From Ruditapes philippinarum (taxonomy: Eukaryota): 64,000 nucleotides of DNA. Position 1 is the first letter of the stretch. Every line of letters begins with the position of its first letter. The translations under genes and the position numbers were made by a program. The notes under the pieces are model-generated. The model was not told the DNA's origin and did not search any database. It saw only the letters and a list, made by a program, of their open reading frames with translations. The DNA lies in contig NW_026860451.1 of assembly GCF_026571515.1 (NCBI RefSeq), forward strand, positions 62,001 through 126,000, read 5' to 3'. This document shows positions 13,871 to 27,002 of the stretch, one piece after another.

Positions 13871-14449
13871 ATTATATAGAAAAGAAACATAACTAAACTA
13901 AAGAAACATATGCTTTAAATGTTAAATAGATAATAAGCAATATACACACAAAAAAAAAAACATTTTTTTTTTTTCATGAAAATTCTAAGTTCATAATCTC
14001 CAAAGTGTCATTTATCCATATTTCAAGTTTTATAAACTCATTTTCAGCACTTTTGAGTTACCACAAATATTGTTATACTTGTCATACTTAGAGTTTATTT
14101 GTTGCCATAGCAACGAATTTTTCAACATAAGAAGAAAAAAGATCTGCATAATCTCCAGACTGCTAACCAACCCATATTTCGAGTTTCATAAAAAAAAAAT
14201 TAGTACTTTTTGCGTATTCACGGGATCCAGTTTTGGTGCTATATTTGCCATATATTAAGTCTATTTGTTTCCATATCAACCACATTTTTAAACATAAGAA
14301 GAAAGAAACAAGACGTGCGTTATCTCCAGACTGCCTTGCCAACAATTGTTTTAAACAATTACAAAAACCGATGATATTAATATTTCTTTTTTTTTTCTTT
14401 TAAAGAAGCCTTGAGCAATTTGCGTTTATTTATTTACTAGTTTGTCCTC

Positions 14450-15356
14450 TACGGTGTTCCGTTTGGACACGTTTGGACAATCGTGACATTTAATTTATTC
14501 TGTACCCGCGATGCACGATGGTACGATGGTGAAAACGCGATGGCACGATGGTACGATGGTGAAAACACGATGGTACGATGATGAAATCACGCAATGGTAC
14601 GATGGTGAAATCGCGATGGCGCGATAGTTCGATTTGGTGAAAACACGATGTTACATCGCGTTTTCACCATTCGTACCATCGTTGTTTCACCATCGTTTAC
14701 CATTGCGTTTTTCACCATCGTTACAATCGCACCATTCGCGCTAATCGTGTTTTCACCATCGTGCCATCGCCGCTTTTCACATTTCGTGCCATCGCGATTT
14801 CACCATCGTACCATCGCGATTTTCACAATGTACATCGCGTTTTCACCATCGTTCACCACCCCATCCGCGTTTTACCATCGTACCATCGTGCATTCGCACA
14901 GGTTAACAGACTAAATTAAAAATCTACGACTGTCCAAACGGAACACCGTAGTACGCGATGGTTTTACGATGGTGAAATCACGATGGTGAAAACGCGAATT
15001 TGGATACGATGGTGAAATCGCGATGGTACGATGGTGAAATCGCGAGGATGGCAACGATGGTGAAAAACCACGTATAGCGCGATTGTGCGATGGTACGATG
15101 GTGAAAACGCGATGGTACGATGGTGAAATCACGATGGTACGACGGAGAAAACGCGATGTAACATCGCGTTTTCACCATCGTACTATCGCGCCATCGCGAT
15201 TTCACCATCGTACCATCGTGATTTCACCATCGTACCATCGTGTTTTCACCATCGTACCATCGTGCCATCGCGTTTTCACCATCGTACCATCGTGCAGCGG
15301 GTACAGAATAAATAAAATGTCACGATTGTCCAAACGTGTCCAAACGGAACACCGTA
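14450..15356. mobile_element. Non-autonomous foldback DNA element with TACGG...CCGTA ends, 6-bp TSD GTCCTC and internal CGATGGTGAAA repeats (IS3EU-like)
   Basis: Long TIR (TACGGTGTTCCGTTTGGACACGTTTGGACAATCGTGACATTT...), GTCCTC on both flanks, inverted arrays of ACGATGGT/ACCATCGT, and an extra internal terminus ending at 14950. Confidence 0.85.
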
Positions 15357-16787
15357 GTCCTCTCATACTAAAATATTAAAAATTTACAACAAGATACAAC
15401 AATATAATTCAGTACGGATAATTGGTCTTATTTGATAAATATTGTTAAAGGATTATTTTATTTTACCGATAAAAAATAATGCATATCAGCAAGTATACAG
15501 TGGCTATTGAGAATTTAAAAGCCTCGGCAACCATTCGCACAATCTTTAAATTTATCTTTTTATATTTTAACTTTAAAAAACTAAAGACATCGATTATTTC
15601 AAATGCGTTATCGGCACTGAATAAGATGTAAAAAAAAATATCGCCTTGTCATATCGATATCGACTATTTGATATTTATAAGATATTCAAGAACAAACATG
15701 TACCGTGTAAAAGCCGGTAGCGCAAACGCCATTGTATTGAAGAACTACCAACTGTAGCAAACATTTGAACTGTTTAAAGATATGCCACCACAAAAAGCAA
15801 AATAAAATGTTCCCACAGAAAGAAGTAATTATACGGTATAATGAATGTTTAGAAAATAGTACATTTATATTTCGAGATTTAAAAAGACCTTATTTTGTTA
15901 CAGAAAATTGAAGGCAGAGCATTGCCTCACTCATACGACGGTTTGGCTGGAATAAAAAAAAATCCAGACAAGCCTTTGGGAAGACAATATATGTGCATGT
16001 TAGCTCAGTTCATTTACAATCGAATTATACATCTTTTTTCCCTGCATAAGGCGGAGATAGTCCATTCATCTGATATTGTTTTAGGTAACAGAAATGCGTT
16101 TGCAACTATGTACTGGTAATAAAAAGCCAACTTTGTCAAATGTTAAACCGATATTTTGTTTTGAAAAAGTAAAACGATACATAACAATACATTTAATTAC
16201 ATAAATTTAGGATTATAAAAAGTCATTGGCTCCTGTCACTCTCTAATTGTGCTAGCGCTACTTGCAATAAGTTCTTCTTTTGAAAGCACTAAAAGCACCA
16301 TGACAGTCATGTTGTTAAAATTGAATGAGAAAGAGGCAATTCGTGCTTTGTATATGAAATCAATATACTTAAATAAAAGACGTACATGTACTCAATTATA
16401 ACGTCGTGTCATAAAAAGTCAAAATGATTTCAACTACGCCAACGGAGTTTTTTGTTTATATTTCTACCAATTTTGATAGAACTCTATAGTTAATGCATGT
16501 GGTGCACACATATATGTTAGCACATAGTACAATGATAAATCCGTAAAAAATATATGTCTAGTATTGAAATTAACAATGTTTTAATTAATCTATAGTTTAC
16601 AACATAGCGATAATTACAGAGGTAAAGTCGGAATGTGTTCTTCTTTATGACATTTACGCATAGTCACGGACCCTAGCTTCACTCACTTGTATGAATATTA
16701 ATTCAACATTGCCAACTATATTGTGAAAACGGTGGGGGTGAAAATTGCATAAAACCGTCGTTACATTAGTTCGTCGTTCGTTTAACA

Positions 16788-18481
16788 ATGGAAATTAAAA
16801 AACCAAGCTACATTCACAGACCTACTGGATTTCAGTATAATTACCAGACTGTTCCGGAACGATTGCTATATATGGCTCAGAAATGTGGGGATAAAGAAGT
16901 CTATGTTTTTCTTCACCCTGATGGAAGGAGAGACAGTATTAACGCAAGAGAGTTATATCAAAGGTCACGTCAGTTGGCATACTCGTTGATGTCGTTAGGG
17001 ATCGGTGCGGGTGACATTGTAGCTACTTGTTTGGACAATGAGCTAGATTTGTTAATATGCACCTTCGCAACTATTTGTACAGGGGCTATTATTCTGAACG
17101 TTGTTATGAGGAATGAGGATGGTAGCGATCTAAAGCAGAAACTATGTAAACTTGACGTAAAATGTTTAATTGTGAACCCGGGTAAGGATCGGCAAAGATT
17201 TACAGCTTGTTTGAATTTCATAACAAAATTGAGTCCAGACGGTTTGGTCGAAAGCGAATCCGTTCCTTCACTTAAAATCTTCATTTCGACGACATTTGTT
17301 GAAGAAAGACAACTTAAGCAACTGAATGATCTATATAAAGATCCAGGGAATTCCTTCCATTTCCCTCGACTAGACCCGGAAATGACTGTAGTACTTTTGC
17401 CAACTTCCGGTTCAACAGGCGAGTCGAAGTTTGTAGCCCATTCGCATCATGATGTGATGATAATTGGCAATCATCTGAAAGAATCATTTGGTTATGATTC
17501 CGGAGATGTGATTTATAACGAACGCCGATTTGCTTGGATAGGTGGGTTTCCATTTATGTATTTGCATGACGGCGTCAAAGTTGTGACGAAAACACAACCG
17601 TTCGAAAGCCTTCAAGAGCATTGTGAATTTACATACAACGCAATGCTACAAGAGAAATGTACTGTCGCAGGTCTTTTCCCTGCCACTATCATTGGTCTTC
17701 TTGACAAAATAAATGGGATGACGTCACCTTCAAAACTTTTTGTTAAAAAAAAACCCCCGTGGGTTGTCTTGTGCACCTGTTTGATGAAGCTTAGGAGATT
17801 TCGGAAAAAAGTTACAAGTTTTTGGCTCTACAGAAAGCAGGGGTTTGCACATTTAATCTGTGAAAAGTAAAATGAATATTTATTATTGCACTGGGTTTTT
17901 TCACGGCGGGTTTTGAATTAAAAGTTTTTTACAACGACGGATTGGGCAGACAGAAGGGAAAGTGGCAACGGCGGCCTATCCCTTGTCTTTTTGTATTTTC
18001 TACGGAGATGAAAATTTTAAAAAAAAAGAATGTTGTTGTCAATTTAAAAACCCTGGGAAATAAAAACCCCGATGCGTAGGAAATACGGAAAAGGGCAATT
18101 TGAAATAAATTTGGTCGGAAATCGGATATCTTTAATACAGGGGGGAAAAATTTTTGATACCAAAAATCGAAGTTTTTTTCAAAAACCCCAGATTTTTATT
18201 AGTTTGTTATTTCATCCCCATTCCAGGATTTCAAAATTTGAATTGGTTTCCGCATGCGTTTCCCCCTTTCCCCGGGAAAACAGCAAACTCCCAGAGCCCT
18301 AGAGAGTTTTTTAAAAAAAGGTGTTATGTCTTTTTGCAAACAAAGGCTTTTTCACGTGCCCCAAACCCGGAAAATTGATCTAATTTTAAAAGCTTTTTCC
18401 AACGGGGTTTACACGGGAAAGCCGGAAAAGGGCAGCTCTAAAAGGGAAATTTCTAATCCCCCCTTTTGGTTTAAACAGTAA
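16788..18481 (+). CDS. Intronless acyl-CoA synthetase / AMP-binding (ANL superfamily) enzyme; 3' third frameshifted in low-quality sequence
   Basis: P-loop LPTSGSTGESKFV, GIGAGDIVA and GAII in the clean ORF to ~17740. Out-of-frame remnants of GSTE (~17824) and GRKSDI..QGG (~18114) follow. Confidence 0.8.
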
Positions 18482-21044
18482 AATTAAATTTAACAAAACT
18501 TGTCCGGGCTAACATTATTTGATTCATTTAAATTACCTTTTAAAAAAGGGAATTTTAAATTTGTTTAAATTTTTCTTTCCCAACCAATTTAATTTTTTCG
18601 GGCGTGTTTTTAAAATTTCCCAGCGTTGATATACATGCTTTTTTTCTCTCATCAACATTGAAAATTGTTAGTAAAAATGGTAAAAGGGGCCAAAGTCTTT
18701 AAAAACATACTTTTTTTAAAAATTTTTTAAACTTTTCCCTTTGAAAATAATCAGAAAAATTATATCAGTTTAAAATATAACCAGTTTCATTTTTTTGTTT
18801 TTACTTTGGTTTAAGAACCATTTGTTTTTGTTGGGGTTCCCCAGGGTTGCATTTTTAAAAAAAGTAATTTTAATCAACACTTCAATCAACAAATACGACA
18901 GAAAAATGTTACCATGAATGTAACAAAAACATATAAACTATTTAACTCTGATATTTTATGCTTAATACCAAAACTTTCCTATCTAAATTTAAAAAAAAAA
19001 ACTTTCAAAACAATTTAATTTGGTGGAATGTTCAAACTTGTTCATTTTCAATACACTACTAAGAACTACTAAATGGTGCCGTGTACTCGCCCTTTTATTT
19101 TATAAGCGATCCAGAGAAGTCCTATGACCAATGGGTTGTCTCCATACAAAGTAATGGGAGCACTCTGCTGCACTAATAAATTCTTTGTTAGAAAAATAGA
19201 GAGAGAAATCGTTAAATATTTGCTTGAACATTCATTGCGATTAATCATTAATAATTTGTATTAGATGCCTTATGCAAAACCAACTCCTTTCTGAAGAGAA
19301 TTTCTTTTCACTGAGAAACATTTCTGCATGGGGTGTGGATTCAAATCCCATTGATGGCAAACATTATTTCGTGTTTGAATACTTTTTTCTTTTCTTAAAT
19401 AACAAACTCATTTTTAAAATCTATCATTTTTGCATGTGACTCTATATAATCTTTTTGCGCTTAGGCGGTTAATTAGCACAACACTGGAGCAGCACAGTTA
19501 TTTACAGGCAAAATAACAGATTGGACTAAATAATGAAGATGATGCACAAGGTCATGATGTTTCCATAAAACAGCATGGTCGCTTTACTATTATTATTTCA
19601 TTATTTGATGAGATTAGCATGACGAGATTAGCATGCCAAAGACAGAAATCATGATTTGGATTACTTTCAACATTCATTCCTAGTTTTTAATGTTTTTTTT
19701 TATTCATATACAATGTATATATTTTATTTATTTATTTAATGTTATTTTTGGGGGGGTCATGTTGTTTTTATTTTTTTCGTTGTTTTTTCTAGATCTTCAT
19801 GAAATAAAACATTAATCGTGAAAAAAATATTTACAGTCCCGTCATGGTAAAAAAGTCTACAGACAACTGCAATCACAACTAGAATTTACAACACATAGCG
19901 TCTTCTGTATTCACTTTCCCCCGTGTTTTTCTCCCAGTATCTGTATTGATCAATTTTTTTTTCCAGAAGGCTACTGACAATCAATTGTCATTGTTTGGCG
20001 AACATTATCGCAATTTTTTTTACATCTGGAGATGTAGGCCGCAAATTGCTCTTGAGAAAAGCAAAGGTCAAGGTCACTTTTCCGATTACTAGTATAATTA
20101 TCAGAAGTTCGTACGTTGCACACACTGTTTCATAAACCGGATAAATTATAGAACTCTCGGATTAGTCAGGTATTCAAATTAAATTTGTCTTTTTTTCTGA
20201 TAACTGTTTCTTCAAAGTATATTTATTTCACATTTTTGTAGAGGAAATTGGATTAAATACACTGTAAAAATGGCGCTTCAATAGTCATGATGTCAATAAT
20301 TCAATGTACTGTGTACTCTATTTGAACTTATTGTTATCTTTATGCGAGTTATAACGGTCATTGTACACTTGACCTTTTTACTATACGCACACAAAACTGT
20401 TTTTAGCGTGGCTTTGTTTTTGACCCATTATGGCCCATTATATGTCCCATAAATGATTTAAATTTTATTTCTCAAAAGCTTTTCAATTTTTACGTGCTTA
20501 TATAATTTCCAAAGAGTTACTTTTTGGCCAATTACCGAACAATCTTTTTCTTTTATTTATATATATATTTTTTTTTTGGTGGGAAAATTAGAATTGTTAT
20601 ATAGTAATTCCGTATTTTATATGGAAGACAAAAAAATGGTTTTTGGTTTCATTTTGCTACTTTTTGGACAAATTATTTTATGTTTAGCTCTTAGAACCAT
20701 TATTTTTTATGTTATAAAATTCATGTAAGTCCTTTCTAAAGAAGTAAAAATTGTATTCAATCCATGTACCTTTAAGCCATAATATGTTTTATTGACTACC
20801 TTAACGAATAATAATCAATTATCTGTATCGATTAAAAAACAATATTGAAATATCTTTGATATCATATTTTTTATATGTAAAAAGAATATGTTTTGCAGTT
20901 AAAAAGAAAATAATTTAGTGTACATTTTTCAAACTTGTGTTATCTTATGTGTAAACATTGATAATTCCTCACACCGACCACTCCGTATCGAGATAACATT
21001 GGATAAAATATCATCGCACGACGGATACGAAAACATTTTTAGCA

Positions 21045-21189
21045 NNNNNNNNNNNNNNNNNNNNNNNNNNNNNNNNNNNNNNNNNNNNNNNNNNNNNNNN
21101 NNNNNNNNNNNNNNNNNNNNNNNNNNNNNNNNNNNNNNNNNNNNNNNNNNNNNNNNNNNNNNNNNNNNNNNNNNNNNNNNNNNNNNNNN
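21045..21189. other. Assembly gap (145 N)
   Basis: Run of N. Confidence 0.99.
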
Positions 21190-23065
21190 AAATAAAGTAA
21201 TAATAATATCAAAACAATCATAATAATCTGAAAAAAATAATGTTGTTTTTTCTTTTTTAATTTCAACTTAGGAATGTTATGTTACTTTCAACCAAATATC
21301 ATTATTTTATTTAAGTTCAACCAAATTTTTCTATTTTAATTTTTAGCTTGATAGTGTTTATTTACATTTTACAATTTTAATTTCAAAATTCTGAAACATG
21401 CCGGGGTTTCATGAAAAATAAAACAATTTTGACTATTAACTTTGATTTTGAGCTGTAATTTGAATCCTTGAGAAACAAATGTCAAGGAATTTTATTCATG
21501 ACTCTCAACAGTTATTATATAATTTATTTAAATTTCTATATGATATTAAAATTCAATTTACAATATTAAAATACGTTTTATGTTGAAAACAGTGGTCAAA
21601 AAACTTACTCCCTTTTTAATGTGACAGTAAAAAAAAACTGTACTCGCAATTTGCACTACTTTCTATAACCTTTCTTGAAATAGAAAAAAGATGGCAATTG
21701 TGAAAACAAGGAATTCCTCCGCTGACAGCGATTTATTGGATGTGTCAGGAAGTGTGCTTTTTAATCAGTGCCGCCGCAGAACTTTAGATTTACTGACACG
21801 TTAGTTATTTTCTCCAGGTTAACATGCACTAGTGTGTTGCAGAACGTGTCTAGGTTTCATTATTTATGGTACATAATTGTTTAACCAGACAGAGGGTATT
21901 TCTATCAAATAAATTAAAATAGAAAAATACCGGTACAATTGATTCTGCAAGTTCGGCAAATGTCATTTTTCCGTCGCTTTTTACTACATGCAAACCTGCT
22001 AAATATGTCCAAATTCTATTTTTTGAACCGTTCAATGCATTGTCGATTTTGGAGAAATCAAGAATTAAAACTATTCAACCAACGATATAAACCCAGGTCA
22101 GAAGAGTTCACGGAAGCACATAATCTGCTTGCGCTGGACTGATGGTAAACAAGGCTAAACACTTCCGGTTCCAGAAGGTTAGGGCTAATATACGGAACAC
22201 ACGGATGTTTGATTAAAAAAGCTAAGCTTCCTGTCGGCAACTGGTTCTAACCATGCCGGCCAGTGCAGACCACGATCAGCCGGTATACATTTGTCGTCTG
22301 ATTATGGTATGCACTGTTCGGTAATCAATCAGTACACACTTTGAAAATTTCCCTCAAGAAAGATAAATGGTTTGGTCAAGACTTTATGATACTAAAGATA
22401 TTAAGCAAAGATATTTAGCAAAAGTAAGTATGCTATAATGAACTAATATCACGTAAAGATGATAGTGTGATCTCACACACAAGAGTTCAATTAAGGCATT
22501 TATAATATCATAGATGTGTAATCTTTGACAGGATTTCTAATTCAAATTCATTTTAACTTAATGTACTCATTCCTTAAAGTTTATTATAAATAGATTACAA
22601 AATAATACTCTAAAATATTTGATAATTTCACAATAAAATTATAAAATAAAATTCCACAACAGCCGACCAACAATTAAATGCGGATGAATACCGTACATCT
22701 AATAAATGATTATGTTGATTTAAGAAGCATGAAAAACATGTATTTTAATGAAATGTTTTATGTACGAGCGTATATGTAAGAGTTGTATTTTACTTACGTA
22801 AGAAACAATTATATTTTATTGGCGAACATTGTTATATTCAAGAATAAGTTATATTTCACTGGTGAACATTTTTATATGAAAGTGCCAGCTATATTTCACT
22901 GATGAACACGATTCAAAATTTGATACACCTTGTGTTTACTTGGTGAGATACACATTGATCTGACATTGAAACAATCAAATACCTCTTTGTGTTTTCTGAA
23001 ATGAACAAAACCAATTTGATATGTGTCAGTGATATATACATCATCAGACGATACCATAAGGTTTT

Positions 23066-23145
23066 TCACGTGATATGCAAATGTTTCTCTTTTTTAAATC
23101 ACGTGATATGCAAGTGTTTCCTTTTTTTCAATCACGTGATATGCT
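23066..23145. promoter_or_regulatory. Three 33-bp-spaced TCACGTGA E-box/HRE-containing repeats upstream of opine dehydrogenase 1
   Basis: TCACGTGATATGC at 23066, 23099 and 23132; the first copy includes the octamer ATGCAAAT. Confidence 0.4.
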
Positions 23146-24702
23146 CATGTTTACGTTTTTAAAGTTCCCATATCTAATTCTTGAAAAAAAAATGCCTGAA
23201 ACACACATTTTATAATTACAGAACTTTTAAAAATACACGCACATGACTTACAAATTTACCATTTAAAGTACATGTATTTCGATAGCGGTTATGTAATCAT
23301 AGTAAATAAGTATTATCGTGTAAGTAAGTACCTTATATGACACCCCACAATCTCAACGCTCCAATAACTCTCGCTTATTTAGGGGAGTAACTGGTTCCTT
23401 AATCATAAACAGGAGGTTTCATATGTCAAAATATTCGGTTGAGAAATGGGATTTAATTTTTGCCAAAAATGCTGGGGGACTAAGAAATCCAAGATGGTGT
23501 CCAAGATGGCCACCGAAAATATGAAAATTACCATTTTGTTATATTACTTAAATTTGCTAGCTTAAACGATTAAATATACTTGTTTTTATCATTTTGATAT
23601 CAAATAAACGTGGTTTTAGTATTCTATTAATAATATCAAACCTTTCAGTCATGAGCTTTTCAATTTTCACTAAAAGTGCCTATGATCACATCAAGTTGTG
23701 TGCACAAAAGCTTAGTTTCTGGCAGACATGTATGCTGCTGTAAAATGAAAACAATGCATACAAACAGACATTTCTGATGAATATATTGTAACTTAGATTT
23801 GTTTCATATAAGTCATGTAAATACACCATAAAGTAATAAGAAAATGAAAATTATAAACATAAAAATCTGAAATCAGTTACTGCATCCTGTCCGGTGCTTA
23901 AATTATCGTATGATAGCCATGTAACAACCATTAATAGTTATTTTGTTAAACTAAACAGTACTAAGATACTTTAAGAGGTTTGAGATTAGGTCCTCACTTT
24001 TCAGAGGCCATGGCTGTTTTACAAAAAAGTGATGTTATATTGCAAGATGGAAATAGAGCTTTTATAGTAACTAAATTAAATTTCAGTCAAATTTGACAGA
24101 ATTATTAAATAAAGGTTATAAAGTGTATATGATATTATGTAAAGAATTTTTTGAAACATATCTTTCTACAAATACTAATTAAAGCCCCTTGAATGCTTAG
24201 AGGTGTAAGATTTGAATTGTCCACGATAAAATGTCTAAATAAATGTCTTCATTTTCTTACAGCAAGTGTTCTTTTAAAAAAAAAATAAAGTGAGTGTTGT
24301 GTTCATTTAGTTTATAAAAAAAAGTATAAAAAAAATAAACGTTCCCTTACAAAAAATATTTAACGGTTGTTTGAAAAAAGTAACACAATGAATTCGTGCA
24401 TGCGCCAGTCGCTTTTTCGAAATTTTATAAACATAATTGATTTTCAATTTTAGTTCTTTTGTATGATATTTGTCAAGATATAATCAATAATCCTTCGACG
24501 GTGAAATCACAATTAAGAAAACGGGTCCTGGTCCCTTGAAATCTTTGTAGAATATAGGGAGATACAATGTTATATATTAGATGATTGTTTAACTTTAGTT
24601 TAAACCGATGTACAAACAGTAAACTAGATCTCAAAATTGGTACCCTTTCGTGAGCGTATAATGACGAATTTCTATAAATTGTCTTTTTTTGTTTCAGACG
24701 TT

Positions 24703-25935
24703 ATGGCAGGTTTCTCAGAGAGTAAGAATGTGACCATATTTGGTGGCGGAAATGGTGCACACGTCCTTGCAGGTACTTCTTCATTGGTCAAAAATGCTCA
24801 CGTGACTGTTGTTGACACTTTTCAAGACGAGGCAGAAAGATGGACGAACGCAATGGCGGCTAATGGATTTACCATGAAGTATAGTAACGGGCAAACAAAA
24901 TCCCAACCCGCTGGTGCAGTTAACTTTAAAGTCACAAAAGAAGTGGAAGCAAATGTCCGAAATGCAGACATTGTTATCCTCTGTATGCCTGCATTCCTTC
25001 ACGAGATGGTTCTAACGAACATCGCATCATATTTGCAAGATAAGTGTGTATTGGTCGGACTACCAGGTCAGGCGGGATTCGAGTATCAAGCTCTGGCAAT
25101 TTTGAGAGAACACGGGAAAAAGTGCAGTGTAGTATCAATTGAAACCTTACCCTGGGCGTGTAGAATTGTAAAATATGGACAGGAAGTCGAAGTTTTAGGC
25201 ACAAAAGAAGAAATTTATGCTTCTCAAATTGAGCAAATTAAGTCCAAGGATACTGATTCAAATTCAAGCCCAATGGGCCAAGTTCAAACAATACTCGGAC
25301 CTAAACCAGTTTTAAAACGAGAAATGAATATCATCAAATACACTTTTCTTTATAGGCCAACTGTCCATCCTCCCATAATGTATGCAAAATGGAAAAATTG
25401 GGATGGAAAACCGTTAGAAACCGCACCTCTCTTCTACCAAGGAGTCGACGAAGAGGCTGTTAAATATTTAGATGGAGCAACGAATGAAATGATCGAGGTT
25501 GCCAATGTGCTTGCGTCTAAATATCCAAACATGGATTTCTCTGGAATTTCGCCAATGAAAGAATGCTTCATAGGTGAGTACCCAGATCAAATCGAAGACA
25601 AACAAACTTTGCTTTCATGCTTGAAAACCAACCGAGCTTACGATGGTCTCGTGCATCCCATGAAGAAAACAGCAGACGGTAAATTGGAGCCAGATTTCAA
25701 ATATCGTTACCTGATGGAAGACGTTCCATACGGACTACTTATCATTCGACAAATTGCTGGCATGGTCGAAGTCAGAACACCACTAATTGATGAAATCATA
25801 GTTTGGGCGCAGGCTAAACTTGGAACAGAGTACATGAAAGATGGCAAGCTGTGTTTTGTTGACAGAAAACACGGTCGTCTTCCAATGGCTTATGGTATTA
25901 ACACTATAGAAGAATTCGTCAATTTTTTCGAATAA
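24703..25935 (+). CDS. Opine dehydrogenase 1 (octopine/tauropine/alanopine dehydrogenase family), 410 aa, single coding exon
   Basis: GGGNGAH Rossmann motif, DEAERW, GLPGQAGFE, IETLPWACRI, catalytic VHP, WDGKP..PLFYQG, YRYLMEDVPYG. A splice acceptor (ttttgtttcag) lies 5 nt before the ATG at 24703. Confidence 0.95.
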   Translation: MAGFSESKNVTIFGGGNGAHVLAGTSSLVKNAHVTVVDTFQDEAERWTNAMAANGFTMKYSNGQTKSQPAGAVNFKVTKEVEANVRNADIVILCMPAFLHEMVLTNIASYLQDKCVLVGLPGQAGFEYQALAILREHGKKCSVVSIETLPWACRIVKYGQEVEVLGTKEEIYASQIEQIKSKDTDSNSSPMGQVQTILGPKPVLKREMNIIKYTFLYRPTVHPPIMYAKWKNWDGKPLETAPLFYQGVDEEAVKYLDGATNEMIEVANVLASKYPNMDFSGISPMKECFIGEYPDQIEDKQTLLSCLKTNRAYDGLVHPMKKTADGKLEPDFKYRYLMEDVPYGLLIIRQIAGMVEVRTPLIDEIIVWAQAKLGTEYMKDGKLCFVDRKHGRLPMAYGINTIEEFVNFFE

Positions 25936-27002
25936 TGCTGAATCCACAGCTAAAATCTATGGGAGTTTTCAAAGTTCTTAGTTTGGACTTTTGTTGTGAC
26001 AGCGAACAAGAAAGCTTGCTTTTAGAGTATAATTAGAGCGATGAATTCATTATACAATGTGTATGAGTTATGAATTCAAAACATAATTGTTGCATTCGAC
26101 AAATATAGGACAATAGCATAATTGAATCAACATTTATTAACAACTTTTACCTTTGGTGCACATGTATGGTCAATTCATTAGGGCAAGTAGATATTGGTTT
26201 ATATTTCTTTTTAAATGGCAGCTTAAAATGTTTGGTTTTTTTCTTATTAGTGGTTCGTTTATGTTGTGTAGTCAACGACCAGTAAAACAGTCATATGTTA
26301 TGTTTACAAAGACTTGGTTTATTGTTGAGTTTGATTTTCTAGTTAAATTACAATCTTTGAAATATTGTCATTATAATAAACTGTTCGTTTATGTTTTATG
26401 TAGAAGTTAGGTGCATATATTTGTTTGTTGTGAATCGAGCTTTTACACATGTAAACAATGAATAAGGTGGATTGCTTCTTCATCTGAACTTAGTGGCAAT
26501 CGCTGTGGATTCGATTATGTTTTGAAACTATGCATCTAGTTAACTTAATTAAGATTAATAAAAGTCTTTGAAACATTGAAGCAAGAAGAAAAAGAATTGT
26601 TCTTATAATTCAATGTTAGTAAAAACTAAATGAAATATGTATAGGAGCCAAACTATCTAGAGTCTCTTCCACTTATTATAATATTTTGATAATATGTATA
26701 TAGAATATAGGGCAACATTATAACTTAATGTCTTTTTGTAATTAATATATTTGTTAAATGACACTGCTTTTTGTTTTCACAATAATTTTATTGTTGTATA
26801 CAAATTTTAAAATTGTTGGTCTAAAAAAAATAAAGAAGAAGAAAAGGATTTGTCTCGTTTGATAACGTTAACGCTAAAAAGGTTAAGTTATGATATGATG
26901 CTAGCTTTGAAAGAAATCATGTTAGCCTGCGTTTAATAATGTGTTGTTTCGTTTGTTGGATTTTTTGTTGTCTTTTTTCAAGAATCCTAGAAATTATCTT
27001 GA

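Noticed and set aside
14648-15379. ORFs rich in SPSYHR/FTIV
   Set aside because: Translations of foldback element repeats.
22890-23050. Hammerhead ribozyme cores (CTGATGA on either strand)
   Set aside because: No stem II followed by GAAA in the required arrangement.
24637-24702. N-terminal extension of ODH1 given by the ORF track
   Set aside because: It contains a polypyrimidine tract and acceptor; the paralog and family alignment begin at 24703.
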